This document shows, piece after piece, positions 39,335 to 52,715 of a DNA stretch of 64,000 nucleotides. Both the position numbers and the translations under genes were made by a program. Below the pieces are notes generated by a model, which was given only the letters and a program-made list of their open reading frames with translations, did no database searches and was not told where the DNA came from. Source of the DNA: the human T2T-CHM13v2.0 reference genome, Homo sapiens; the NCBI RefSeq assembly GCF_009914755.1, contig NC_060930.1. One strand, 5' to 3'. Every line of letters begins with the position of its first letter. The stretch's first letter is position 1.

Positions 39335-42300
39335 TAGCGCATTGTTGATCTACTCCTAAGATGCAAAGATCAGACAAAACTGCCTCAATTAGGTCATTAT
39401 TTTCCTCAAGACATTTGGCAAGATATTTTGGGCAGAAGAGTGTCTTCATTGCCACTCATCTGTTATGGTCTCTCATGTTTATATCATGATAGAAAAGCCA
39501 TCTCCTCCTATGCTGATAGAAGCCAAACTTAGGTTATTCTGAGAAAGTGGAACTTAGAGGCCAGAGGGGCCATGCAAGATTCCTACTCCTTTTCTGTCAA
39601 TAAAAAGGCTTATTATGAATTCAATTTTTTTTTTTTTGCAATTAAAAGCAGACAAGCTAGGGATCCAGAATTTTGAGTTTAGCAGCCCAAACATACCTTC
39701 TCACTCAAAAACATATTCACCAAGGTTGCCAGGCAGCCAGCAGGATGTTGCAGATTTTACCATCTCATATCACAAATAGTCGATATTCCATTATGATGGT
39801 GTTCATTTTATTTTTGTTGCATTTGATAGCAAGAAACATGTTTAAGTATTTTGAACACACCGTTTACATATCTGAGATGAAACCGGAAGCCAGTTCATAC
39901 GTATGACTTGAATGTGTGAGTCAATTCCCGAGGAAATGCTGGCATAAGAGAGTCAAATGGGAGTGGAACTACTATTATTTGAAATAATGACCCATTGGGG
40001 AGCCTTGCTGTGCTACAGTAATAAGATTTGACAGGTAGAAAAAAGAAGAGATCAGGACATAATAGAAAACCACAGCTAGAATACATTTACCACATTGTAA
40101 ATTATTTCTTTTTCCACAAAGGTGGGGAGGGAGTATGAGGGGAGGAGGAGGAGGGAACACAGTGGCATTAAGGACAGAAAAGAAGAAAGTTAATTTTGCA
40201 TTGTGCTGGTAATGGATTTCCAGCAATGCGATTTTACTGAAGCCTTATGCATCATCCTCCTGTAAAGGTCTACGGTGACCCTTGAACGTCATCCTATGAA
40301 TTCGCCAAGAAAATTAAGACACTCCAGTAAAAGTACAGCCATGAAAGAAGACAGACTTCTAGATCCATGCCCAACTAGATCTGTTTGATAAATAGAACAC
40401 AAGCTGGCAGAATTGGCCATCAGCCAACCTAAAAGAAGAAATCAAAAGCAAGGTCTGTTTGTTATTTTGTTACATTTGGGAAAGAATTCTGAAAGATGCA
40501 GAGGAATATCTGCTACTATTTGGCCCGGGACTAGCAGTTCAACCACACTCAGACACTCTGTCTCCAGTGCCAAGTGGTTCTGTTTCTCTAGAGAACCCTA
40601 ACACACCCCCCCATTATTAAACAACCATCCAGTACTGTTTTATTGAGCAGTCAGAAGCAGACCAGCTTTATTCACATTCTGTTAACCCAATTTTTCCTTC
40701 CCTCCATAAACTGTTTGCTAGAGGCAGTCTTGCCAGTGCAGCTAAGCTGCCTGTGGCTGGTAAGGTCTCCTGGGCCCTCTACGCCCTTTCTCCTCCGCAG
40801 GTCGTGCCTCTATTGGAAGCATGCTTGTAATACCTAACATCCTCCTGGGGCCAGCCTGTGTTCTGCCAAAAGCACATGCAGGAAGCAATACCAGCTCTTA
40901 GAGTAATGTGGGCCACAGGGAATGAGCCATGAATGTTAAGATGTGTTTGAAGAAAAGTCAGTGTTCTTAATCTCAGGATGGTAGCCAGATCTAAGTACTG
41001 GTATGAGAAGAAAAAGAGAAACAGAGAGAGAGAAAGGGAGGGAGACAGGGAGAGAGGGAAAGAATGAGAGACAGGAAGAGAGAAGAGGAGAGCTAGGAGA
41101 AAGGGAGGGGGAGAAAGACTACCTTTACAAAGCAGGAAGGACATTGCAATCTTGGGGTTGCACTTGGCCATGAGTATGTGGAAGGCTGGTGGAAGTGAGA
41201 TTGGAGGGGGGTCAGCTCCTTTTCACAGCGACTCTGCTGTAAGAATTCTACCTTCCCCTGAGAGGAGGAAGACCAATTTCTAACCATTTTAAACCCAAGC
41301 AATAGAAATGTAAAAAACAGGCACATACATGCGCTTGTACACACACACACACGAATGATTGTTAAACTGGTGACATCTGAATAAACTTTGTGGATTGTAT
41401 CAGTGTCAATGTCCCAGTTTTGGTATTGTCCTCCATGTAAGATCTTACCATGGGGGATGATGGGGAAAGACATATGAGACCTCTCTGTATCTTTTTGCAA
41501 CTTCCTGTGAAAATATAATTATTTCAAAATATAAAGCTAAAGAAAAACCTCAAGTAGAGCTAGAATATGGAAAATGGGACTAGCTGTGTAAGAGTTGGGC
41601 CCTCCTCTATGCCTCAAACTAACCAGCCAGCAACGCAGAGGCCACAGGGGGCGGAGCTACATCCATGGCCTCCAGGACTTAGGGACATACATCCAAGCTT
41701 TCCGGCTGCCTGAAGTCAAATCAAGGATTGGTCCAGTGGAGTGTACCCGGGCCCCCACCATCCTCTGCTGAGGAATTTCACTTCCAGAGTCTGTGTCATT
41801 GGATTTTGTCTTCTTCCTACTGATTCCAGTTGAAAGCCCACTGCTAGCTGTTAATAGAAGCCATTCTGACAAGGTTGTCCTCCCCTCGACAGCTGCCCAG
41901 GTCTAGCCCAGCCTAGGCCACTAATGGAGGGTGGAAGGCACAACAATACCTTTGGAGCTGATATTTGTTCAAACGCTGCTCACTCTAAACCTGGCTTGTT
42001 TATCCAACTCTATTTTACTCCATGAATGTCCAAGAAAACTTTTCTAGAAGAGATTTGATTGTTGCTGCCCTTTGTATGCAAAACAGATGCTGCTGGCTGC
42101 TCTCCTAGAGCTCTTCCTCACTTCTGGCAGGGTTCACATGCTGCTGGTTTGGAGAAGCCTGCCTTCGAGGGCCCACATGCCCGGGGGAGAGGGGAGCAGG
42201 GGCAGTTTGGGGTGTGCTGGATTCACCCACTATAATGCTGTCCTCCCTTGGGTGGAAGCCATAGAAGTCAACAGGACAGACAGCAAGGGAGTGCCACATA

Positions 42301-42691
42301 GAGGCCAAGGAAGAAATATTGAAAATGAACAGTCTTCTATTTCGTGATGAAGTTTTGACTTCTTTCCTCAGGTCATTTGCTGAAATACAGTGAAGTATCT
42401 GGAGGAAACACTTATCTCTGCCCTTGAATTCCCAGAACGCCAACTCTGATTAACTTTCCGATGTTATTGCTTCAGAAAGTCCAAAGTCAGATGATCCGTC
42501 TTACATGTATTAAAAGTTACTGAGGCAAGGGTCCAAGGGAAAGTCTCTCCGCTCTCAGCCTGTCCGTCACTGTTCATACTGTAGAAGGAGAACTACTTTA
42601 AAATGCAACCTACCATCTTTTATATTGGTAGGTGATTCTGAGGCATTTGCAGGATAGGTAAAGCCTGGAAATTGATACAGTGATTATTTAA

Positions 42692-42911
42692 AGCAGTGAT
42701 CGCCACCAGGGGTGAGTTTATCCCTCATGGATACTTTGGTAAGGTCTAGAGATATTTTTGGTTTCACAACTAGAGGGTATGGGGATGCTACTGGCATCTG
42801 GTGGGTAGAGACCAGGGATGCTTCTAGACATCCTATGATGTGCAGAACAGCACCCACCACAAAGGATATCCAAAACAAAATGTCAATAGTGATGACATTG
42901 AGGAATCCTGC
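42692..42911. mobile_element. MER20 (hAT-Charlie)
   Basis: TGCTACTGGCATCTGGTGGGTAGAGACCAGGGATGCT...AATGTCAATAGTG...TGAGGAATCCTG. Confidence 0.8.
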
Positions 42912-45570
42912 TTTAAGGTTCTCGGCAAATTTACTACAAATAACCACTACTATTCATCCAGCAAACAATCACTGGAGATTTAGTATGATATTAAGACATT
43001 ATGTATAGCCCTGGCACTGGGGAGTTAGCTTTGCAGTATCTAGTGGAGGAATGACAGAGGTATACAAACAAATATAATGTAATATAAAACATGCAAAGTG
43101 CCTGAGTGGAAATGCAAATAAATACAGAGAAGGATATGAGTTTGAGAGGGTGGGGTTGGGGGAGGAGGAAGAACCAATGTCACTTTCCCCAAGAGGACCA
43201 CAAACTGCATGTTTACACTCAAAGATATCACTCTTGCATATAAATTTGAAATAACTGCTAGGAAAGCTCACCAAACCCTTAAGCGCTTTTTAAGCAATCT
43301 GTCTTTCTGCTTTTATATACATATCCTCAGAGAGATGCAGCCTACAGCTTTCTTTGTGACTTTGTTCTTTATTGAGATTATTTTCCTAACAACAATGTGT
43401 TTCTAGTACCAAGAAAATGCTTTATTTCCTTCTCCCGCCCTTAGTTGATTCTTTCTATCTATACCTTTAAAATATTGATAAACATACAGTGTAATTCTAT
43501 AGCTGCTAATCAACAACACAATACGTACTTAGCCTCTTTTATTTTGCCTGGATAGCAACTTAAATTTATCCACAATTTTGAGGATTCACCTTCCTAAGCA
43601 TCTGTTCATTGGCTTCTGTCTTTTTCAATACTGAGTGCCAAGGATGTAGCAGGAACTATCGTCTCCAACCCCCTGCTCCTATTTTCCAGGCTGAAAGAAA
43701 CCCTGGGACAGCACAGAGATACTTAGGAAGGAGTCCAATGAGCATAAGACAAAAGGGCTCTTTCCCACCCTTAGGAAAATTAGTGACTGGACCAAAGGGG
43801 TTTTGATCAAACAAAAGTGTACTTACGTTAGATTTGCAAGGCTGAAATTGCCTAGTGATCATTTCCATTGCAGATATCATAGACAATGATGCATCTTCCA
43901 GGTCAGCAATGTGGATGATAAAACTGTCTGGAACACTACATTGGCAAATGTGAGCTCATAGCTAAGCTGAAATGGAAATCAGTTATGAAACAGAACTACC
44001 AGATGCCATATGCCTGCACACAAAATATTCTGGGCAATCTTACAAATCAAATAAGTAACATATGTAGTTGAGGTTCTACTTTGTGAGTTTCACTGCACAA
44101 TACCCGGGAGCAATTTGTTTGTTTGTTTGGTTTTAACTCTGGCTTTGAATCTTGACTCTGACACTTTCTAGTGTGGGGATCTAGATAAGTTAATACAACA
44201 TCTCCGAGTCTATATTTTCGTAACAGTAAAATGAGGTAAATCATACCTATCTCTTCAGATTATTGTTTATTCTGCAGGTCTGGGTGCTGTCAGGAAAACG
44301 AAGACCATATCAGTTATTTTAACAGAGAGAATTTGATATAGGAAGTTGGTTAGAGAACCAGTTGCTGGAGAACCAAAAGAGCAAAGAAAGGACCCCTGAA
44401 GGCTGGGAGAGCAAAAGGCAGAGGTTGTGGGGATTAGAAACTGGATGCTTGACAGAAGGACCCTGTGGAGCTGAGACACAGGCTGCTAAGGAAAGGGTGA
44501 CAGCTTCTGATGTGCTGTTACTGCAGTAGCTTAGGGCCCCGCAGAGCTGAGTCTCAGCTGAAGCTGGGAAGGTGCAAGAGAGCTGGAAACTGGAACCAAC
44601 TGCCACTGCCAACATGATGGGCCATCACCAGTGACACTCCCAGCAAGTACTCACGAAGGAGCAAGTCCCTTCTTCGACTCCAGCCTCCATCTCTCTGCTA
44701 CCTTGACTGGCAGACAGTGAAGGAGAAACATGATTACCGAGAGCCCAGTGAAAAAGCAGAGGAAAGAGGGCTGGATTTGGAGCTGAGAAACAGCCCCAAT
44801 ATATGGCCCATCCATTCACTCAACATGTACATTTATGGAGTGCTTACTGTGGATCAGACTGTGAGGCTGTGAGGCTCTCTGCTAGGTGTTGGGGAACCTA
44901 GAGAATTAAATGGAAAACACTCCTAAAGTACAAGGCTCAGCTATTAGTACAAGGTAAACCCTCTGTTAAAAATAGCTCTCCTATCTCCAGTCCAGTGGGA
45001 AACATAAAGGAAAAGGAAATGGAAAGCAAAACAAACAAAACAAAACAAGAAACCAGCTCTGGCCTTTAAGAAATCTCATGTTTAGATTCAGTGTTGCAGG
45101 ATAAGCCACGTAGCAAAGTGCAGAGTGATACATGTTTGTACACTTTACCAAGAATGCCAGACATCGCTGTTTTAAGAGTTCAAGGAAGCAAGAGAATATA
45201 TGGGGGCAGGGAAGCCTTCACAAAGAAGATGGGAATGAGCAAGACCTGAGGATTTAGATAATGGCCAAAAAGACTAAGACCATTGCAAATGGGAGAAAGC
45301 ACACAAGCAAATCAAACATGGTGGGAATGTGCTGGTGTGTATGTTGCCACTCTGGCCTCAAGGAATGAAGGATGGATTTGTGATGTGGAGGATGGAAGTT
45401 GGAGCCAGTCGCTCATTTCTGGACTGTATTCTGAGGCATAGATAAGCCATTGGAGCTTTGTGAATGAGCAGAAGTTGTATGCAGAAAATATTATCTTTAT
45501 AGCCCCTATCATATCTAACACAATACCTTGTACATAGTGGAATATTTGGAGGAGGAAGCATTACATTAAA

Positions 45571-45620
45571 TGGGATGGGATGGGATGGGATGGGATGGGA
45601 TGGGTTGGGATGGGATGGGA
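45571..45620 (+). repeat. (TGGGA)10 pentanucleotide repeat
   Basis: Ten GGG runs, one TGGGT variant. Confidence 0.95.
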
Positions 45621-45666
45621 TAAAATGGAATTAGAAAGGCAGGTCTTAACTTTGAAAATCTTTTTA

Positions 45667-46542
45667 GAAAATATTTTGAGCCTAAGTATTAATGTCTACT
45701 CAAGCTCTCCTAACTTTTGTATCTCCCTCTGTTTTGATAATAATAATAGATACTTTATTAAATCCGCTATGCAATCCATGAGCAATTTTAAGGCCAAACG
45801 TTCAGGAACTAAAAAAATTCAGGCAATGATAAACATTTTCTATGATAAAAACATTAACAAGTAAAGATATAACCCAACTAGCAAGACCCTGTTTATTCCA
45901 TGGATGGAGGCCCCCTGTTGTCAGAGTGAACATGATGTTGGCTTTGAAGACACGGGGGGGAGCTGATGAAAATATCATGGGCTTATTTTAAAAAGTGTTG
46001 GGCAATATGCTTTTGAATAAATGTAGCAATTCATGTGAAAACAATATTGTTGCAAATTTTGAATATGTTTGCAAAATATACGATGTACTCGCAACTAATC
46101 TATTGTTTTCTTCTTCGTAGATCCATTACAAGATTTTGGCTTTTCTGTTGAAAAGTGTTCCAAGCAATTAAAATCAAATATCAACATTAGATTTGGAATT
46201 ATTCTGAGTAAGTAAAAAAAATGATTAGCATGAAATAAAACATTGCACAGCCTCTTCCAACTCCACACACCCAATGACTTATGTTAACTGTAATGACTGG
46301 CTAAACTACTGTTCCCTCACCACTCTCTGGAATTAACTCTATTTATATCTTCATTTTCAAATCTTTCTCTGGGTTATATTCAGGTAGGGTAGAACTCTCA
46401 CTTAAAGCTGTACTTTTGTATTAAAAAGACTCTAGGCACTCATTTGGATGATATAAGCACCTGGAATCAGTATACCCAGCAAAAAAAAAGGAAAATATTT
46501 TGAGATTAAGTATTAATGTCTACTCAGGATCTCCTAACTTTT
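45667..46542 (+). repeat. 52-bp dispersed direct repeat pair (45667-45718 and 46491-46542) flanking LY86 exon 2
   Basis: 48/52 identical by manual alignment. Confidence 0.9.
46121..46207 (+). CDS. LY86: LY86/MD-1 second coding exon (87 nt, phase 1-1)
   Basis: Branch-point-like ACTAAT 46094-46099, pyrimidine tract, TTCGTAG| acceptor; (G)AT CCA TTA CAA... = DPLQDFGFSVEKCSKQLKSNINIRFGIIL; donor TGA|GTAAGT. Too short to appear in the ORF track. Confidence 0.96.
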
Positions 46543-47487
46543 TTAGTTATCTCAGCAACAAATAAATCTACTACCAGCGGTACGGTTTGTCATTTGTGTT
46601 ATTTTGTATCCCAAATAGTTAATACAAATTCTTAAACTTTGACATCGGCAAGGAGGAGATGTAATATTTTCTCTCCTACCCCAATCAGTAAGCTAGAGCA
46701 CTTTCTGATTGTTTAATTTTCATATGATCATGCAATTATAGTTGGTCAATATATTTTCTATAGCTACTAGACGACCTCCTTTTCCAAAGCAGTTATATCA
46801 AAATCAAAGTAGAGAGGTTTAATAAACTTAGCATGTGGAATCATTCCAGAGAAATGGAGGGAACATTCATAGAAATCAAGAACTCTCACGCATCTTTGTA
46901 TTTCTAGAATCTTACACAGTATCTGGACTCTAGCAGCAGCTGGAGAAATGTTATGGGGAGAGAAAAAGCGAGAAAAGAGAAATAGAAGAGTGGGTGGAAC
47001 ATAAAAGGGAGGAATGGAGAAAAAGAGAGAATTGGAAGCCACCACCATGGAACCCGCTGCAGCTTCCTGTGCACCTGTGCTGCAATACCTCCCTGGCAAC
47101 AGCAGCAGGTGTATGTAGGCGTGACCACACCCCACCGCCATCATGGGGAACAAATGATACTATGCAACTGAGAAATTCCAGAAGCCAGACCTGCAGACAT
47201 CACATTAAAAGGCCATAGCATCAGGGTGGGGAGCTCAGCTGATTAACTACCTTGTTCCAAGCAGGTATTTTGAGAAACAGCCACCTTTCATACGCAGGGC
47301 CCCATCATAATCCCCTGTAGCATTGCCTAAATGCTGTTTTACCAAGGAAAGAAGAAAACTGTTCCCCACACAGAGAAGATTAATGGAAACAAAAGGTTCT
47401 TTAGCTCATGCTGCTGTATACTGTGAATGCCTCTGATACACAGTGAAACACGCAGTAAGAGTAAAGCTGTTCTTCTCTTTCCTCCAG

Positions 47488-47616
47488 GAGAGGACATCAA
47501 AGAGCTTTTTCTTGACCTAGCTCTCATGTCTCAAGGCTCATCTGTTTTGAATTTCTCCTATCCCATCTGTGAGGCGGCTCTGCCCAAGTTTTCTTTCTGT
47601 GGAAGAAGGAAAGGAG
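47488..47616 (+). CDS. LY86: LY86/MD-1 third coding exon (129 nt, phase 1-1); gene continues past the window end
   Basis: TTCTTCTCTTTCCTCCAG| acceptor; (R)EDIKELFLDLALMSQGSSVLNFSYPICEAALPKFSFCGRRKG; donor GAG|GTAAGC. Confidence 0.96.
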
Positions 47617-49427
47617 GTAAGCCATCTGTCTTGCTCACTGCTGGCAGGGGCCTGCAGAGAGATAAACTCGAACTTGCATCTGAGGCCAGGACGCCCAGAC
47701 CAGAGCTCTGTCTCTGCCCCTCGCCTTTGGACGAGCTTATCCTCACTTATCAGCATGTGTTGCAGAAAAATAACAATAAGGCCCATTCCATAGGCCTACC
47801 TTACAGGGCTGTTGTGAATATCAAAATGAAATGACACGTATGAGATGCTTTAAAACAGAACATTGTTACTGTGAGTAGCAGCATCTTATAAAAAAGGGCT
47901 GGCAGCAGAAAGAGCCAAGAGGTTCCAAAAATCCATTGAGGTTCAGAGTGCTCCCAGGTTTTCCCTCCACAACTTCCTTAGTGGCAGGATGTCCTTAATA
48001 TAGTAATGGACTTCAAAAACGAAAAAAAAAAATGAAGCTTATGATATGTCACCACCTTTCCCACGTGGGTCATTGACTAGCAGGGCATCCGGGAGTTACA
48101 CTCGAAGTAGAGAAACGGAAACCCCATTATATTAGCTACCTTTTCGGCAGTGCACCAACCCTCTACCGCCTGCCATACAGCCTTGAAGAAAGGGCAGGTC
48201 ACCTTCCCCCACCTGTCCCCACCTCTCCTTTCCTCCTTGTCTTTACCCACAGCTTCACCAAGGCCCTGAGATGCTTCCGCGGTGTGGTTAAAACCTGGCT
48301 CTATTCTCTGACTGTCCTTCCCCAGGAGTGGTTCTCTCCCAGCTGCTCTCCCCTCCCAGGGTCTCCTTCCTACTCCCACTGGCCAAGGCAGGGCATACCC
48401 CCAATACACCCCTCACCCCACATCTCAGAAATACTCCTTTATCTATTTTCTCATTCAAGAGAGCTAGAATTTTAAACAGTAAATTCCTTGTGAAATGCTG
48501 CAATTACTCCTTTTAAATGAAAGATCTAGAAGAAATTGGAATCTCCTTTCTACAGTGAGGGATGCAGACAAAAGAAAACAAGGAACTTAAGGGAGGATTG
48601 GCCAGATGGAAGTCGGGGGAACTTTGCTGGGATCTGTAGAGGGCAGAACCAGCCTGGCTGCCTCACCACCCTCGCCATCCCTCCCGAGTGTGTGGCACAT
48701 CACTGTATCCTAGCGTTTGCCATGTTGGACTGTCCTGGTTTACTGCCGTGTATCTTCCACATTGGACCACGAGCTGCTTGAGGGTAGGGTCATATCACCT
48801 TTGTCTTTTTATTCCCAGTATTTCAAATGTGGCTGACACACAGAGAGCTCTGAATACAGACACACGCAGAGCAAAATGCCTAACACGATTGAGCATTCGT
48901 ACCAGGCCCTGTTCTAAGAGCTTTAGACCCAATAAGTCATTTACTTCCCACACCAACCTTACAAGTTAATACTACATTAATATTCCAACTTCATAAATGT
49001 GTAACTGAAGCACAGAGGGGTTTAGGAACTTGCACCAAGTCACAGAGCTTGAAGGATCCATGGCTTGAACCCAGGCAGGCTGACTCCAATCTTAGCTTTA
49101 ATGAATGAATGAATAAAAGAACAAACAATACAACAAATGAGTGTGTCTTGCTTTTGGCCAAGGGGTTTATTTAAAATTATCATTTCAGAAATCTTTCTGC
49201 CCAGTGATCTGACTTTGTTTCAAATTGGGACTTTTTTTTTTTTCTTAGCTAACCCACCTTAAAATCATAAGTCAGTTTTCCTCTCTCAACTTACTGGAGA
49301 CATTTCTGATTAATCAAGTACGTTCATGCATTTCCTCAGAATGGTGAACTCATCATTAGTCCGTCCCTATTTAACTTTTTCCACCTGCCCTCAGCTGGGC
49401 CAACCCCGAGCTCCTCAACCACAGTCA

Positions 49428-49548
49428 GTCCTTTCTCCTTCCCTCCCTCCCTCCCTCCCCTTCCTCCTTCCCTCCCCTTCCTCCCTCCCTCCCCTTCTTC
49501 CTTCTCTCCCTTCTCTCCCCCATCCCTCCCTCCCTTCCTCCCTTCTTC
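49428..49548 (+). repeat. Polypyrimidine (CCCT/CCTT)n tract
   Basis: Visible low complexity. Confidence 0.9.
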
Positions 49549-51959
49549 AGCCACATCTTGCTCCACCCCCCTATACATACCTGCGGCATCAGCCTTAAGG
49601 GATCCTTTGCCACTTTCTCTTCAGAGCTGCATTTTAACATGTGCAACATTATTTGGATGGTCCCCTTAGCATGTGTGGCCCACTTGCTATTTGCTTTTCA
49701 TCCAGACCTAGCTCAAGTATCCCTTTCTCTCTCTGTCTCTCTGTCTGTCTCTCTCTCTGTCTCTCTCTGAAGCTTCCTCTAGCCCCAACAGATGAAGTGC
49801 TCCCTCTGGGTGCTCTGGGAGCATCGTGTTCCTACTTCTGCTGTAGTGCTTATCTCAGATGGAATTGAATTTTACGGTTAGTGTGTGTCCCTCCCAATTA
49901 AACTTTAAACTCCTTGAAGGAAGGCATATTTCTTGCTCCTATCTGTCTCTGCTGACATGGCAAAGAGACCTGGCACAAAGTAAAGACACAATAGATACTT
50001 GTTTTATTGCATTTGCCTGTGAACATATGATGGATTGAACACAGTTTTACCAGTTCACCTTAAAAATGACTACTTAAGGCTGCTTATGCATGGCACAAAG
50101 ACACAACATGCATCAAATCCTAGCAGAGAGTACATTTTCCTGGTCCTTCAAGTATAAGAAAACCTTGCTATTTTTGCCTGCGTATGGTTTTAATAGGATT
50201 GATAAAACAGAAGAGAGATGGTTCCCTAAATCAGTTTGAGGTATTCAATTCAGTTTAGCAGCTCAAAAGGCTGACATTTGCCTTATTTGAAGGTTGGACA
50301 GCTCTGCAGCTATTTATCTGCTTTATTGCAATGGGAGTGATGACTGCATAGGCAAGCTGAGAAGCTGGCATTGGGGAAATTGCCAGAAAACTTCATATAG
50401 TGTAAAATATCATATAGTGTAAAATGATCAGAAAAGTGATATACAAATGCTGCATGAACAAATAATTATGTAAACTATGTAAGTCAGAGAAACTAAAATC
50501 TTAAAGTCAGAGGCTTTTTGGATAATTAAATTGTTTTAACCCACCCACAAACCTACTGCAGGAATGATTCTATTCCAAAGAAATGGTTAATAGTAAGACC
50601 AGAAGGGGAAAAAAGAACACCAGGGAGAACTAAAGTCAATCCAAATCCAAGCACAAGCTGCTGTTGACATGTTACACATAAAAAGGCTTGCTCTGGGGCT
50701 TGCAGGTCCTTCTTAGCAGAGCGGTGAGAAAACTTAATGTCCACTGTGGGTGGCACATTGTGGTGTCACTGGCAGTTGAGCTGTTTGGTATCATTGCCAT
50801 GGCATTACTATGCATTCCTCTGCAAACTGCATCTCGCTGGCTTTTCTCCAAGCCAAATAAAACACAAAATGGGTCAGGCTTAGTGAGACTGAAATGTTGC
50901 CTCCTTTCCCTCTGCCTTGTCCTCAGCTAGCTTTAAGGCAAGCATCACATTGGATTCAAAGACCAGCTGATGCTCTTTCAGTATGATTACTTATGCTGTG
51001 ATTGACAATGTGGAGGAAATAGCGTATATGGCCAACGATAGGGCATTGACTAAGTAGGTCATTATTCAGCCAAACAAAGGTACAGTATGCTGTGATTTTA
51101 AAATGATGCCGTAGATTACTAAATTACATGAAAATATACTTGTAAGAATATTATGTGACAAAGAAGCATGCTATAAAAGTGTAGTCACTGTTGAATCCTA
51201 TTGTATAAAATGTGTGTAAGTGTATACACAAAAAAACTCTGAAAGAGTACACACTTTAGTGCTAAGAGTACTTATCTCTGCAGATCTTTATTTTTGTCTT
51301 TTTTGGAAATCTCGCTTGCTTTTATGATAAATTTGCAAGGTTACTCTTTTAAGTGTTACTTTATCATTACAGGAAAGAATAGAGAGAATAAATTCTCTTC
51401 CCCTGGGAATAAATTTAAGAGTTTTCAAAGAGAATTACAGCCTATGTAATATCCAGCGATATTTGGACTCGAATAGAAAGTTCTGAATCAAAGAGTTGCG
51501 TAGAATATCAAGGGATGATCTAACAGCCATCCTCTTGCCTGGGATACCCACAGCCCCATTTACTCAGGCTGTGGGCTCACTGAGAAGGAGACAACATTGG
51601 CCACTGTTTTACTTTCTTCTCTGTTAAAGCTGCCTTGGTCCTTCTGTCTCCTCTGATAGTATCGAGTCATTCAGATGTATTTGCTTTAGTTGATTGCCAT
51701 GCTTTCAAACAGGTTCCATAAGCTACACATCCACTTTTAAGACTAAATTGAGCTTCATTGAATGTCCTTAATGACCACAACTAATTCCTAGCCCAAAGGA
51801 GGGAAGCTGCAGCCAACTCCCTCAATCCTCAAGAACAACAATGCCGATAGAACCCCTGTGTGATCCGGGAGCTTTGGTCTGGTCTGCAAACACCAAGCGC
51901 GCCGTTACCCCAGTGGGTCTCCATCTTGGTCGCACATTAACTGCTCCTGTGCTTTCTGA

Positions 51960-52300
51960 AGCAATGACCACAAGCCACAGGTCGCGACTGAGCCCTGAAA
52001 TGTAGCCAGTCTGAATAGAGATGTGCTGTAAGTGTAAAGTACAGACTCAGTTTCAAAGCTTTAGTCTTAGAAAAAGAATGTAAAATATCTCTATCATTGT
52101 TCCACTGGTTATGTGTTGAAATGTTAATATTTGGAATATACTGAGTTAAGTAGAATTTATCATTAATATATTATTTTAATCATTTATCAATGATAAGATA
52201 TTAATATTATATTAAAATTAATTTCAACTTTTAAAATGTGGCTCCTAGAAAACATAAAATTATATGTGTGACTCTCTTTAATGTTTTTACTGGCAGCGCT
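51960..52300. mobile_element. MER33/MER3-like hAT-Charlie fossil
   Basis: GAAATGTAGCCAGTCTGAATAGAGATGTGCTGTAAGTGTAAAGTACA...AAAATGTGGCTCCTAGAAAA. Confidence 0.65.
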
Positions 52301-52715
52301 GCATTATTATCTCCCTTTATAATTTTGAAGCTCCCAACATCCAGGCCATACCCCAGACCAATGATATCAGAATCTCTAGGAGTGAGAGCCAAGCCAGGTG
52401 GTGACCAGAAGTGCTCTGTGTTGAGAATATGGGAGGAAAAAACTGTTTTTTCCTACATACACCCTCATCTTATCAGATGAGGAAATTGAGTCTAACTTAC
52501 CCAAGGTCACAAAGCCAGCGGGGGGTGGAACTGGGTTTCTGTCCAGCTCCAAACCCCTCTGCTGTATATCTTCTGTAAACATAAAGAAAGCTTTGCTAGA
52601 GAAGAAGTAAACTCATTTCAGCCCTCCACTAAGACCGGAAAAAGATTTAAAGGGCATAACAAAATTATAGAAATCAAAGGATCATCTTTGGGCATAACCA
52701 GCCATTATTATAAGG

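Noticed and set aside
47485-47490. NAGNAG (CAGGAG) tandem acceptor at exon 3
   Set aside because: A distal GAG is rarely used against a proximal CAG; no evidence available
47427-47834. 135-aa ORF as a standalone gene
   Set aside because: It is LY86 exon 3 plus open intronic flanks, bounded by clear splice sites
50393-50425. Short tandem duplications (TCATATAGTGTAAAAT x2; also ~26150-26192 and ~38618-38670)
   Set aside because: Ordinary slippage products with no functional context
51902-51907. Isolated canonical Myb sites (CCGTTA; also ~29689, ~32249, ~58721)
   Set aside because: Six-mers are expected by chance in 64 kb and show no clustering
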